A stretch of DNA of 63,544 bases, filler included, from Klebsormidium nitens (Eukaryota; Plantae; Klebsormidiophyceae): NCBI GenBank assembly GCA_000708835.1. It is 7 parts of 7 records of this genome, joined end to end, with 100 filler letters (N's around TTAATTAATTAA, not from the genome) between each part and the next. Parts side by side here need not be neighbours in the genome. Positions count along the whole stretch, not along the records: positions 37,294 to 63,544 come from DF237068.1; 6 more parts are not named here. The stretch is one strand, 5' to 3'. The position numbers and the translations under genes are program-made. Below, one piece after another: positions 44,493 to 58,740 of this stretch. A model generated the notes under the pieces. It worked only from the letters and a program-made list of their open reading frames with translations. It ran no database searches and was not told where the DNA came from. The stretch's first letter is position 1; each line of letters opens with the position of its first letter.

Positions 44493-45924
44493 GCGACAGT
44501 TCAGAGGTGCGGTTGCGCGCGAGCGGTCGCGTGGTCTACGTGACCGAAGCCAAGGTGCTATATAGATAAACGTGGTGAGATAACATAACCTATGCTTGTT
44601 AGTAGATAGCTCTGAATTAGCTTTAAATGGCTCTCAATAGCCTATATATCAGATTGACCATGTTAGATCTTTTTAGTATCTACGAAATATCCTTCGGGCC
44701 CCGGGGGCCTCTGGGTAGCCGGCCACGGCGGCCAGTCAACCGAAAACTTACCCGGGCCCCGGGGACTTCAAGTGCACGTACCGGTACCGTACTGTCTTCC
44801 GAGTTTCTAAACCATCTTTCTTTCGCGGGCTGGATCGTCCCGAAGGGGCCCGGGCAGAGCTCGATCGCTGAGCGCAGGCAAAGACACCGGGCAAAACCTG
44901 TTACAGTATACCTCCCTGTATTAACCGATACATATACCGTAAAGATACCGTACCGCCAAGGGAATTCGCCACCTTTGGTGCGAAAAGTTAATTTCGTTCG
45001 TTTTGAGGTTTCACCCAACGGGTTGAGAATTTATTTTACATTTCGCACAAAGGATTTTTTTGCTTTTTCTGCCTTGCAAAACAGAACTTTTCGCCATTTT
45101 GAGGTGATTCTTTAGTTTCGCCTTTTCGCAGCTAGGGTCCCATTTACTTTCTAACTTTTCGCACCGACCCCAAAATAATTATTTTCAGGCGATTTCCCTT
45201 GGCAGTACGGTATAAGCGATCGAACTTCGAACTCTCAAAGTTCAGCCACAATTACTTTATATATCCACCCAGCCAAAAAGCATTCAATAAAACAACCTGT
45301 ACCACGTGGATTTCTGACACCCGAATCTATCCGGACCCCGAATTAGCATTGCGCAACCGAATCTCGATTTCTGGAAGTTCGGGTTCAAGGTCCGATCCAC
45401 TTGCGTTTTCATTAGAAAATGGACACGTACAAGTCGAGCTTCAACCATCGAGGAACACCCAAACAGCAGTAACGCTCAACTTACGTAGACAGTCTGTCGC
45501 CACAAGTTGCACTGGGCGGCGAGAACCGTCAACTTCAGATGCTGCGGCGAATCGACGCCGTTTGTGCGCCTTGAGCTGGCCTCACATTCGCCACTGAATA
45601 GAGCCAGCCAATCAGAAGCTTCAGATCAAGACAGCTGTCGCCACCTGGGTGCCAATTTCGAGGCTTCCAAAGCAAAAGGCCTTGCAATTGGCTCATCCGC
45701 ACTCGAATCCCGGGCGTTTCCTTCGTTCCCCCCACATTGCTGCAGGAAAGAAGGGCCTCGCAACGTTGCATTGCTCAAGCTGCTTTCCCAAAACGCATTT
45801 TTGCCCGGCCAGCTCACGCAGATTCTGGTGGAGCTTCACAAGGGAGGCGGGCCCGTGGCTCCTCCTAGATCGAACGTTTCTTAGGCTACAGATTCTTCAC
45901 TGCAGGGAGCTTCGCAGCTATTGG

Positions 45925-48900
45925 ATGGCTGCAGCAGGCATGACCAGCATTGGTGCCGTGTCCCGAGGATCCTACATCAGCAGCCGCTCCTTTTCCGCAG
46001 CCCGTAACAATGGTGGCGGTGCACCAGCTGTCGGCACCTCGGCGACAGCTGTCAAGGGCGGTGTCACAGCTTTTCGACGGCCCAAGAACTGCGGCCCATG
46101 CGGGCCTGCATCAACGAGCGGGCATGGGTTCACGAGCACATTTGTCCAGCCGCAGGGGCAGCTGTATGTCGAGAGGGGTCCGAAGGCGCGCGCAGTCATG
46201 CAGCAGATGACACCTGGTGGGTGGGATGTCGACAAGGATGGGTTCATGCGGACAGCTGGCGGGCTGCGGGGGGTTCCTGTTGCAGAGCCGCAGACCGCGA
46301 CCAAATTGCATGCGTCGGGGAATGAGACAGGGGAAGTGTCGCAAGAAACACCGGAGTTTAACCTGGAGCCGGCATTTGGGGGAGCAAATAATACGAACGT
46401 GGGAATGGCTGTCACTAGTTACCGACCAAAGTGGTTCTGGTGGACAAAGAGCCCTGAAGAGGAGAGCAAGGTCGGGAACTGTGCTGTGAACGCATTCTTG
46501 GTTCTGTTTGCGGCTTCGGCGGCGGCGCACAAGATTCTGACGGTGGATCAGGATGTCTGGACGGTGAGGATTCTTGCTTTGCGGATTCCCTTCACCCAGC
46601 TGTTTTCTGATCCAGGCGTACACGCAACTTTTCTTCTGGATTCCTTGAAGTGGATTTGAGCACCTTCAAGCTTCATGTCAATGAGACTCTTGAGCTTTTG
46701 AATTCGTGTGTGCTTCTGTTTACGCATGTTGTGCAGCAGCTCAGTTCTGCTTGGTTCGGCGGCGACAGAAGAGGATGAACACAAGAAAGAAAGCAGAAGG
46801 AGGTTGCAGTTTCTGTGTTGACATGTAGCTTGGATTGGGTTACAGCCTGACAACTTGTCTTACAGCAGTCTCATTGCTAACTGCCAGCAATCTGTTTGCC
46901 ATGGATTTGAGTTTCTCATTGGTAGAAAATTGCTGTGACCTGGCTGATTGACGCCACAGTACATTCTTTTATAGATCCTGCTCAGTGCCTGCCATTTGAC
47001 ATGGTTGATTGCAGTTGTTCTGGTGCATGCACAGTAGGTGCTCTCTGTCTTTAGTATCTTCAGGATCTCCTTTGTTGTCTTTCGGAAATGGTTTTTCAGA
47101 GTGTTGTTGAGCTTCGTTCGGGACCAGAGTAGGTTCTGATTTTTGAAATCCTTGTTCCATCTCATCCATCTGAATCTGATTGCCTTCTTGCCTGCGCAGG
47201 GGTGGAGCTACTTTGAAATTCTGAGGCGGGTGCCAGTGGACAACTGGCATGGTTACCAGCAGATGCTTCAAACAAACCCCGTCTTTGCCAAGATGTGCAT
47301 CAGTGGTGTTGTATATACACTCGGCGATTGGTCTGCTCAGGTGAGATCAGACAACTTCCAACCGGCCTTTCTCAATACCGTATTGCTTGGGAAGTTATTG
47401 CGTATATTGGCAGAGTTCATGCAAATCTGGCTTGGATCAACGCCTAAAGGTGCATGCTGCCTAGCTCGCATGCAATAGGATTGGCATTGGTCCCTCAGGA
47501 GTGGAGACATTTAGTGCCTGTTGTCCTGGATGACCTCAGGCATAAACCCAAGGTAAAGAAATCTGCCTGGGTGCGATTCATCAAGAAACGGCAGTATAGA
47601 TCTGCACGTCTCAGCGCCCATTCCAAGGGGACTTCTGCAGGACGGGGCAACCTCAGTTGCACTCCATGCTATTAAAACCTAGCTCCAGATCCCCGGACAC
47701 GTTGCACTTTCTCTTTATTCTTGCATTAACCATATCTGTTTTGCCCATGTGCAGACTTGTGAGGGCAAGCCGTTCTTGGAGTTTGACCGCCCCCGCATGA
47801 TCCGTTCTGGGCTCGTTGGCTTTTGTTTGCACGGATCGCTCAGCCACTTCTACTACCAGGCATTCGAGGCGGTCTTCCCTTTCACTGCCTGGTAAGCGGA
47901 CCATTTTTGCGGCTCTGTAAGTTTCGAAGACTGACCCTTTTGTAGATTGCTGGATTCGAAAAGTCATTGGTCATACCTTTGCTAGTAACAACCTGATGTA
48001 GAAGTTGCTGATCCACTTGCAATCACGGATTTTGAGATGCAATATCAGAAGGAAATCATATCATTTATTGAAAGTTGAGTGGGGTCAGATCGCCACCTGT
48101 GCCTCACCTGTGCCTGTTTAGTTGTTTTTTCCCTGTGAGCACCAAGCTTCATTTTCTCATCTTGCTGAGTGTTGAAACATGGAAGCAGTAGCAGCAATTT
48201 TTGAGCATTGACAATGTGACTCATCCCGTTCTTTCTCATTACAGGTGGGCTGTCATCATCAAGGTCGGTATCGACCAGACAATCTGGTCTGGCATCTGGA
48301 ACTCGATCTACTATGCAACCCTTGGCGCTCTTCGCGCCGAATCTCCGACGACGATCTGGCGCGAGCTGCGCGGCACGTTCGTCCCGATGCTTACGGCCGG
48401 CTGGAAGCTCTGGCCGTTTGCGCACCTCATAACTTATGGGGTGGTTCCTGTGGAGCACCGGCTCCTATGGGTGGATATGGTGGAGCTCGTATGGGTTACC
48501 ATGCTCTCCATGTGAGTATGCCAAACTGGCATCAACGGGCAAACCTCGCCTGCTGACCAGTCCCTAGTTGTATCTGTTGTATCTGTTGTGTTGCTTCTTT
48601 TTGAGTGCATTGTGGGCACCTCTTTGAGAGTTCTTTCGCATTGAAGGATCCATTTCGTAGTGGCTTCTGTTGTGTTGGAATTTCAGTGTCCACACAAAAG
48701 TTCCACAAAGGCTAGTACCGATCATGAGACCACTTACATTGTTGTTTCCAAGCAAGGCCATTATGTGTGCTTAAAGCAAAGGGTTTCGTAGAGCAGATTC
48801 TTATGTGGAGCAAACAATGGTTCGTGACAAGCAGAACCTGATGTGGAACAAACAAAGTCTCTTCGGATGATTACTGAGCTTTGTCTTTCGCCCCACAGGA

Positions 48901-49139
48901 TCTCGAATGAGAAGCAAGAGAAGCGTGCAGAAGAAACTACTGCCATCGTTCAAGCGATCGTTGAGCAAGGCGGCACTGAGGAGCAGGCCCAGGCCGTGAT
49001 TGCAATGGTCACGGAGAGGCAGGAGATAGAGCAACTAGAGACGCTACAGTTTGAGCTGGACAATTTGCAGCACTTGGAAGACCGAACGGAATTGGAGGAG
49101 AAAGTTCACCAGCTAGAGGAGAAGATTGGCGCTAAGTGA
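45925..49139 (+). CDS. Mpv17/PMP22 family membrane protein with long N-terminal (transit-like) extension
   Basis: Phase-compatible exons 45925-46563, 47200-47340, 47755-47891, 48245-48511, 48899-49139. Motifs 'NPVFAKMCISGVVYTLGDWSAQ', 'DRPRMIRSGLVGF..HG', 'KVGIDQTIWS', 'AGWKLWPFAHLITYGVVP'. Confidence 0.9.
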
Positions 49140-50804
49140 GGGGGCTTTCGCGAAAATTACTGAGAAGAGAATGTTATTGTCGAGAGCTGAGGAGAGTTGT
49201 TACTTCTTCGTCGAACAGAGGAGTCTGGAGCTTGTTATCAGGAGTTACCGGGCAGAGAATGTGACGAGAGCATAGAGTTGGAGATATGGGCGGAACTGGG
49301 GTTGGTCTGAAAAACGGAAGGGTTGAAGGTACCTCCCAAGATCAGGGGGTTGGGGGAGGATGAGTGGAAGGTGGAAGGAAGGGAAGCTTTAACTGCTCTC
49401 TCGAAGGTGGTGGAGGGTGAGGATTTGAAATGGAGGGGCGGTGCGCCTGTCTCCCCTTGAATCTGAACAGACACGACTTGGAGCCTTATATATAGAATCC
49501 TAGTCGGGGCTCTCAGTACATACATAAGCTTAGACTTACGCGCGCTTTTAGGACATTTGCAGGCACGTGCTCCCTTTGCACATTGCAGAAGGTAGCTTTA
49601 CAGAAAGGTATAAAGTGGATCGAGTCAGATAAGTGACTGTGTGACGGTTTTGGGGACAGTCACTGAAAAGCTTAAACCCAGACTTTTGTGAGAAGTTTGA
49701 TCATTAGGACTTGCCTTACTTTTCCAAATCATCACTAGGCTTAGTTCTATGTAGGAAGCTTCCTCCCTGCGTTTGTAGTTGAAATCAAGAGCTATTTGGC
49801 TCTTTCTGCACTTGCATATTTGTTTTTCTGCTTTTGTTGTGTGATTATTGCACGCCATTCATAAATATAGGCTCTACATGTATGAAAATCGGTTCTCTCA
49901 ATTTCCAAGCACCGTCGGATGCCATCTAGGACCTGAATAGATGTACATTATGACCGTTGGGTTCCGATCAGTGATGAATTGAGATTGAATATGAAAGATG
50001 TGTCACACAGTGTCTTTCAGAATCACATCTCAATGGAAGCTACTTATTTTACCAGCTTTCACCTACACTCAAGTGCGATGCCAGCCGCGCCAGAAGGCTG
50101 CAAACTAAACTCCACTTCGGGAGATACGATACAAAGACGAAAAACTTCGATTACGTCGCGGCCGCGCCATACATACATGGAATTAACGACGGTATCACTG
50201 GAATGCATCAATACCTACCCGGCTAGCTAGCTGGATCTATAATATCATTGAAACTTATGATAAAACTGCATAATTAAAGGTCCGATATATGCTCATATTA
50301 AGTTGGCGGCAGCTATGAAACGCGGCAATGATTATATAAACTCAGTTTGAACGTTGATTAAGGACCAAATTTGGTACTTGGGACTTGAATTGGCAAAACT
50401 TATACGTACCGGCGCCGGCTATGCTTATACTCTGGCATGCCTCATGTAGTGAACGTACTGGCCGGCAGGGCACTCATACCAGCCACGTACGCTGAGTAAC
50501 GCATGCATGCAACCGTCTCCGATGCGTTTGAATATATGCTCAATGGCCGCTTCTGGTGGCGCCTTACGATCTGTGCATTTATGTGTACAATTGCGATGAC
50601 ACGATATGATCGAAAACGTACAATCAAAGAAACATGCAGTGCGATTACAAGAACACGCACGTCGAGACATTGTGACACTAGCTAGCTTTATGCCCATCAG
50701 TGTAGGAAGAACGTTGAGACGTACTAGTTACAGTACAGCCCATCATAATGGGTACCCCGAGCGCTGCCGCAATTACTTGGTTTGCTAATCTCGAGCATAC
50801 AGCG

Positions 50805-52600
50805 CTACAAGATACGGACACCCGCAAAGTGCGCTTCTTCCGCCGGCTCTTCCGCGCGCGCCACCTGTTTGAGCGACTCCTTCCTCTTGCTGTCCGGTGA
50901 CGGAAACTGCCGGACCGTCACGCCGTATTCGCCCATGTATTCTGAGTCGCACTGCCGGGTTGCCTGCCGGTCCTCCACAAACGTAAGCGCGCTGTCGAGC
51001 CTGGAGGGGCGATGGAAAGGGCCGGAACGAATCCTGCAGAGAAGTTGGTTTCTTCGAAGGGGTTTCGCCGATTTACGAATTGAGGCAGACCGTAGACGTG
51101 CCCATGCAGATGGCAATTCGGATGCTCACTCTTCAGGCGTCGAGACGAAATATGCCAGTCCGGAACTCGCTCCACTTCCCCACTCTTGATAACGATTGCA
51201 GCGCTGGAACAAGTCCAGCCGGCAAAAGCTTATTGATGAGAAGCGTGCCATAAGCGAGAGACAAATACCAACCTGTCCAGTCATTCGGGCTGCCTTTTAA
51301 ATCGGTCATGCGTCTGATATTCATCCGGCAACGCAAACGCGAGTGGTTAAAAATCTTGTGTGGCCAGATACGACCTTGTTCTGGTCAACGGAGTACTTCT
51401 CAGGCTATGCGGATCTCCAAGTCTCGCAGCGTCAACCAGAACGTAAGCTTTCCAGAAACAGACCACAGCAGATCAGAAAGACGCTGAAGGTGGTCAACGA
51501 CGTGAGAAGGTCGCGTGCGCTCTTGTTCGATATGGTCCTCTGAACAGAGACATCCGTTTCAGATGACTGTCTTTAGAAGTCAGAAATACTTGTCCCCTCG
51601 AAGCAAAGGAAACATCAAAATCCAGACAGAAGTGGGTGTGGACACGATTTCCTGCTTCTCTTTTGAGAGAGACCCGTTCAACAAAGAGAGAATATAACGA
51701 CGTTGGCCGTTGAATAGTAAGGTTGAGTTAGGCAACAAAACTTCGGAGAGGCAACGGGCAGATGCACTCGCACCGGCGACAACTTCCCAACAGTTTGACT
51801 TTGACGGTCGCCCCAGAGAACGTCTTGACATTGAGATCGCGGCGACCGAGGAGCTGGCCTGGTGTGCAAAAGTGTCGCCAACAAACGTGGGCGGCCACGC
51901 CCTCTTTTAAAGCGGCATCGCCTTCCATCTTCGAGAATAGGATTTTTGAGCAGTTACGAACAAGACGTGGAACGGAGGGCGAGCATACATAGGGTACAAC
52001 GGAAAGCAAAAGACGGAGGAAGCTGAAGGAAAACTGCTCAGGTAGAAGCGCGCGCGCAGCCTCTTTTGTGAAGAGCTCTGGATCTGAATCAACATTCGAA
52101 GCCCAAACTCAACAGGAACCTCCTCGAAGCGCCCTTCTTTCGTACCTTTTCGAATAGAGCGCGCATTTCCGCCCACATCCGAATGCAAACCGCAAGCTCA
52201 GAAGGAGAGCGGACGAACGGAACGGGAATCCAACCGGAAGAGGAAAGGCTCTCATGCAAAACGTAACCTCAGAAAGGAAGACGGAAGAGCGGAACCAAAA
52301 CAAGAAGCGGGGAGGAAGCGGAACCAGACTCACTTCTCCGCACCCTCTGGGAGGTCGCTCTCGGCCGGCGTGTCCGCGGCTCCGGCTGCGGCCAGCTCCG
52401 CGCTCCTCTGCTCGCGCGCGTCCCTGCCACCTGGCATGTTTCCAGTGGAGCACGCGGGAGCGGCCGCGCGCTTCTCCCCGGGCTCGAGGCAGCCGCAGCC
52501 CCGAAGAAGAGAGCCGAAGCGGCCCATGAGAGCGCGCCACGTGGCGGTTCGTGTTTGGCGCGGATGCGCTACGATGTACTTATCGAAGAGCTGCAAATGG
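50805..52600 (-). CDS. Orphan gene family, copy 1
   Basis: Exon A 'LFDKY…ATWRAL…SDLPEGAE' between a TTTGCAG acceptor and a GTGAGT donor (~52335-52590); terminal exon '…EYMGEYGVTVRQFPSPD…EEPAEEAHFAGVRIL*' after a CTGCAG acceptor. Confidence 0.55.
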
Positions 52601-54951
52601 GAATCGCCATCAGCTTCTGTCAACCCTCAAAAGAAGATGGCTCGTAGAAGAGAGGTGATTTAAGAGGGATCCGGAAAGAGAGAGGGTTGCTGAACCAATC
52701 GTTCTCTACCCCTTGAACTGCGAAAGGAAAAAGAAAGAAAGCGAGAAACAGAATAGTGGGTTGCCCGAACGGCGTATCTGGAGGTCCAAAGCCCCAGTGC
52801 CACAAGTCAGTTGGTGCAACTGAAAATCGGATGGGTTCCAATAAGGTGTCCTGTCCCCGTCGAATTCGGGCCTGTTGACCTGTACGCTTCGGCGCTGTTT
52901 AACTAAACGCAGAGAGGGGCGAACTTGCGGACAGGGGAGAGCTCTATCCATTCTCCTTTCAAAATTTCAGCCTTTGGATAAAACAACGCTATGAAAAGTA
53001 TAGACGGAGATGGCTGCGTGAAAGAGCCCATCTGACCTGCCCAGTCGAGACGTCGAGCTTTTTCAAAGTGGTTCTAAAGAGACGCTTTCGAACCGGACGG
53101 CAGCTAAATTTGAAACTACTGTACTGCCCTCGAGGAATACGTGATGCAATTTTCAGCTACTTGGGGACTTCGTTCAACATATTCAGGACCTCTTGCTGAG
53201 AGATTGGGTTCACTTTTGTGCTGCAAACCTTCCAAGCTACCAAGCTGCTTGAAAGTGCAAAGTCTTGCTACACCTGCTTCGTCCTTGCCCTCACAAGAAC
53301 CTGCTGAGCTCGAGTCTCAGCCGGCAGCCTCCCATTGAATCAATTTAACGTGCCCAAGAAAGGATCGAATCGTTTTGCCATGAAAGCTGCTTCAATCTGC
53401 CTTGTTTTCTCCTGTCCCAACGAGCCGTCCATCTCAAGAGCTTGCAAGACCTGTCGGCGTGATCGACTGCACGTCTTTTTAGATCACTTCGTATCTCAGA
53501 TACAACCGCACCAGAAAAACAGAGTGGGACTTTGTCTGCACGCAAACCCGGCCTCACCTCCTAAATAGGAGCTCTGACGTCGCATGCACGTGCAGCTTTG
53601 CGCGCTTTTACACACGCAAAACTTCAGAAGCCTGGTCTTGCTGCCCGTTTTGGGTTACTTCGTACACCGGCGGGTCCCGCCAGTTTCTGACCTCTCTGCG
53701 CTTCTTTCAGAAGCGAATTTCAATACATCCGAGGGTCTGTCATTTTGCCATTGAAGGGCGCCCGTGCGTCGTTCTTCGAAGACAGCAGAATGCTCGGTCT
53801 CATTCCTGGAGTGCAACCATCGAGTCAGCAGCACGAGTCGACCGCATGATAATCAGAAGAGAGGGAAGATCAGCACACGCAATTGAGGATTGATACCCGC
53901 ACAAGGTGTGGTCGCGTTGAAGCGAGGACGCGTGCGAGCGCCGCTGACGATCGGCGCTTCGTCAAATCCGGTCCGATGTGTCGAGTCTTGGCCACACGCA
54001 TAGTATTATCAGGTGGAGTCCGCGCACTACTGACCTACTGCATGAAAGGTAACGCAGCCTTCGAGCTTCGACGATCAGGCGGACTCCGATGGCCGGAACG
54101 CCGTACGTCAGCCGTCCTATCTTCAGCGAAGGAAGCCAGTCGAAGAGTGCAACTTGGGCGTAGCTGTTGGCACTGCTTAGGACCTGCCACGTGATCAGAG
54201 GACCTTTGGACCTTTATAGATCAACTGGGCAATCTAAAGTGTCAAATCCGTTGACGTCAACAAGATGGAACCCAGAGACGTTAGCAAATAGCCTTGCTTC
54301 CCAGCATTTCTTACGTCATTGCAGTCTGCCTGTAATCGCTGTTGGTCAAAAGTATCAACCGTCCTTTCGTAACGCAGAGGTCAGGGCAGAGGTGGGGAAA
54401 TTAACGACTCTCTCGAGAGCATAAAGAATGACCCAGGGCCCTCTCCTCATCTGAACAGAGCTCTCGCACCAGGGGTTTCTCGATTCGAATCCGGACCGGT
54501 CTTGTGGGTCTCGATCTTTGGCGTCAGCTTCTGCAACTGGAGTGACGGTACTGCCACTCAAGGAAGCTGTTGTTATCGGGTGCTTGTTTCCTGAACATGG
54601 TTTGATCCCAACCACACACATTTAAGATTCGAAGTTGATTTTCTGGGCGTGCTGCAGTTATTTTTGAAACAGAGCGCGGATTCGTTTTGCAAAATGCGAA
54701 TTTGTTTCGTGGCTCCATTCCTATGCTAGCCTTAAACCCACAAACCGCAGATTATTGACATCAGTTTGCCGTATCCATGTGAGATCGCATTTGTTCGAGT
54801 ATGAAGAAGAGGTAGACGACATGAAAATCAGTATTTAATGTAAGAAGAGGGATGGCACATTGTCAAGGGGCTCAGATTCTTGGCGATCGTGGAGCACGTA
54901 TGAACCTGAGTGGGAATTTTGGGAAACACGAATTCTCAAGTAGAAGGCGAG

Positions 54952-55850
54952 CTATTGAGCTATACGAGCACCGACGAAGCGCGCCTCTTCTGACGGCTCC
55001 TCCACCCTCGCCCCATGCTTGGCTATTTTTTTCTCGTCGAGGTCCGGCGCCGGAAATAATGTGACGGAATCACCGTACTCGCCCAGGTACTCTTTTTCGC
55101 TCATGTGCGTCGCCTGTGCATCTTGGACTGGAGCAATTGAACTGCACAAGAGGAACTCCTGTACATCCTCCTATCACGCAGGTGTTTCGATTACTATGCT
55201 AGACGTATAATACTCGTAAAAAGACATTTTAACACCAGGCAAGTTGCAAATGTGCCAACTGCCGCTCTTCGCGGCGTTCGATGTGCAAAGTGGATTGGAA
55301 AGACGTGAGACCAATAGAAAGGGATACGAAGATTCGAAAAGGCGAACGGAACCTGGTACAATTGGGCGATCGCACGGATCGTGCGTTCTGAGGTCTTTGT
55401 AGCATGACCATCAGCAGAGAAGCGTTCGAAATCTGAAGAAAAATACGTCAAAGGATCCGCCCTCGTTTGCTGCTTTAAGCTTGAACGCCGAAGTGCATAT
55501 TTGGAAACGGCTTCTTAATCTTCTGCCCCTTTTGGGAGGTCGCTTCCGGCCGCGCTCTCATGCAAAAAGCAACCTCGAAGGGAGACGAAGAGCGGGAGCG
55601 GGACCGGAACCCGACCTCACCATTCCGCTCCTTTGGGGAGGTCGCTTCCGGCCGTTCCGTCCGCAGCCCCGGCCGCGGTCAGCTCCGCGCGCTTCTCCTC
55701 GCGCGCATCTCTGCCAGCTGGCAGGGAGTTTCCGTTGGTCGCCGCGAACGCGGCCGCGCGCTTCGAGGAGGCTGGCTCGAAGCAGCGGCAGTGGAACTTT
55801 GAAGCGAAGACGCCCACGCTGCCACGTGGCGCCGCAAGAATGGCTTAAAG
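54952..55850 (-). CDS. Orphan gene family, copy 2
   Basis: Exon A homolog '…AGRDAREEKRAELTAAGAADG…SDLPKGAE' with a GTGAGG donor; terminal exon '…EYLGEYG…FPAPD…EEPSEEARFVGARIAQ*'. Confidence 0.55.
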
Positions 55851-58260
55851 ACACTGTTCAGCACGACACCAGCTTTGGAGGGGAGGGGGTGAAGATACGC
55901 AAGATTTTGAAGTGGCGAGCTTGGCTATGCACATGTAAAGCTCTCTCTGGTTTGAAAGGCCGTAGATTTCTTGGGTTTACGAAACTACCGCAAAAAGACT
56001 CAGCATGTGCGACGGTCGCCATGGTATACAAAGGGAGACTTCCGACGAAACGGGCATCTGCTCGCTTTGGGACCTCGTTTCAGAAAATGGCTAATCTAGA
56101 CATCAACTTGAAAAAGGAAGATCGGCGAGCGACACAAGCGCCAGCACGACAACACTGAGGACCTTAGTGCTTTATGCGGAATCCCACTTGGTGACGTAAA
56201 CTTCCAAAGGCGTGACGCCACGACCGAGATGGCAGCGGGAGAAACTATCGAATGTATCCATATCTTAGCGCGGCTTAGACGTGTCTTTCAGCAGGATTCA
56301 GAAAAACACGCCTCGGTTCGGGATGCAGAATCCTTATGTAAATAATAGCCAAATAATCAAGGCCGGAAGAGCCTGAATTCCGAAGTCTGAGAAGAAACTT
56401 CATGAAGCCAGTTCGTGATATCTGACGGAGTGGATGGGTCCGAATCCATTCTTACGAGAATCTGATGTCCGGTGATTAGCTGGAATCCAGTCCCTTCACG
56501 TCCAAATCGAATGAATGATTCAGAAGTAAGGGGACGTTGCCACTGGCGCGTGCGTACACTTGCCAGTCGACTTGTCCAAGACATACTATTTTAACGTCTT
56601 CCCTAGCACGCTATATATAAGAGGTGAAACAAGCTAGCGCTGAGTTTCCAGGAAAGGAAGACAACACGTTTTGTTCTGCAACAGCTCTCTCAACAAAAAT
56701 GTTTGAACAAAAACGTCCGAAGCATAGCGCATGGGCTGAAGGACAGACATTAATGGCCAGTCAGATCCGTTTCCACAAAGTCTGCTGCCAGCACTTTTAC
56801 ACATCCTTTTCGACAGAGTTTGCTTCTCATGAAGAAACACAACTCGCCGTTCAGGCAACCCTGGAAAGGAAACCACGCCTTACCTTTGTAAGGCGTCGCC
56901 TACTCGTGCAGGAAGTTATCCATTTGTGGGTGCACACCAGGATGCGCCACGTTTAATGTCCACTTAGCTTATCAGAATTTTAATTTCCTTAGACAGCTTG
57001 GAAAGTCTGCGGCCCTTCCTCACACGGAAAAGGTGCGAGGCGTTCTGCAGCTCTGAAGAAACCCTCGACACGCGGCCCGGTTCAATATACTGCAGTCATG
57101 TCCCGGTGTGCCAGTGTTATATTTGTATGCTGATCCTTTCCTGCAGCTCGGGCTTTTCTGAATATTTTCTACTCCCTTAAAGTACCGAACGCTAGCGAGG
57201 GCCCGACGGAAGGAACGGAACTTGTCAGCCGGTCGGTGACGTTACCAGAGACGATTGATAAATCTTGTGAGCAGCCAAGTCTGCTGTCGGTGTAGCAATA
57301 GAGTACTCGCCGATTGCCTGCGCCAGTGCTGGCTGATCGCGCCCTTCGGGGCACTTGCATGGGATCTCCCGTGCGGAGCAAAACCACGTCGGTTCGACGC
57401 TTGTCGAAACCGACCACCGACCTGCCCTTTTGGGCTCCCCCTTTTTCGAGCGTTATCACTGAGTGCATCGCGGGTTGGAAGACTGGGCGCCCTGGCACTC
57501 CTAGGTGTTCAAGTTTATCGGGGCACTCAGAATGCATAAATTTGGAAGACAACTGCATAAGACAAGTGCATAAGACAGTGTATGCAGCAATGGTCTCAAT
57601 GAAAGAGTGGTTGTAGAGAATCTTCTCTTTCGAGCCGGAGTCATGCCGATTAGTGCCATTGACACGGCTGCATTACGACAGTTTCGTGAGAAGACTCGTA
57701 TGACTGCGAAGCACCTTGAAGGCTTGAATTAAAAGTTCTGCAAACCTCAGCAGCCGTAGGATGACATCTGCTGGACCAACTTGAACTAGCCAATGTTTCC
57801 GACTTGACGCTATATACAAGAACTGTACGACGTGAAGGACTACTCTCCTATGGCCGGTACTGAGGCTTTACCAGAATAACTTTCGCAAATATTACCGGAC
57901 GAAATCTCTTGAGCAGGCCTCCGTTTACGAGTTTCCTGCTCAGCCCTGCCCATTTTGTACCTCGGCCTACAAATCTCCGGTGCCATGCCTTGACCAGACA
58001 CCACGAAATCGCCTTTTTATCTTCCATGCCTTTTTATTTTCCATACCGTATCACCAACGAGTAAGCTATCGCAGCACCGGCCGGTTGCTGCTATTTTAGA
58101 GCAGCGCCACAGTGCTTGTGAGCCCGCCTCCGGCCCAGCTGTCATCATAAGGGGTCGCGACGTTGGCCTCTTATCGGCGTCCTCCTTTTGGTGCTTCCGG
58201 GCGGCCTTGACGAGCGCCAGGTCCGCGCGCAGCTCCTTTTCGACCGTCCGCTGGAGGAGA

Positions 58261-58740
58261 AAGGGCGTCCGAAACGGGTTAACACGCGTCACAGGGGGTT
58301 AAAAGACCGTCTGAATTGTTTAAGGGCGTCCGTAGAAGTTGAAGGGGTCCCGCCAGTGAAGGGCATCCGAACCGGCTTACACGCGCGTCCGGAAACGATT
58401 GGCTTAAGAGGCGTCTGAAGGACATCCCAAGGCGTCGAAACGGCTCCGAGAGCGTCCGAACGAGTCGATAGATTTCTGGACGCGTGCAGCGGCGTCCGAA
58501 CAAATCAAAGGGGCGTCCGCACTGGCTAAGAGCGTCCGAATGGATTGCGATGCGGCCACGCAAACGCGATGTGTTTCACCAGATTAACAACCGGTTAGAG
58601 GTCGTAACGGGTCAGTGGAGAGTCAACGCAGGACTCGCTTTGCTAAGTCTGAAACTGACGGGACGGAAGAACCCGTTTCCTGTGCGTTTGACGGCTTTAA
58701 AATCCGTCAGAGCAAGGTTGCCGGCGTCTGGAAGGACGCC
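58261..58740. repeat. Dispersed GCGTCCG motif array
   Basis: Seven exact GCGTCCG plus ~3 variants in 58261-58540; inverted GGACGCC at ~58734-58740. Confidence 0.6.

Noticed and set aside
44690-45190. GGGCCC/CCCGGG- and TTTCGC-rich segment as a transposon
   Set aside because: No convincing TIR or TSD found by eye.
49240-49520. TATA box plus pyrimidine-rich tract on minus, 3' of the Mpv17 gene, as a solo LTR
   Set aside because: No TG…CA boundaries, TSD or second copy identified.
52535-52546. Perfect G-box palindrome GCCACGTGGC repeated at ~52535, ~55822 and ~61480 (with TATATAA nearby in the last)
   Set aside because: It lies inside homologous exon A and encodes ATW; explained by paralogy rather than a promoter.
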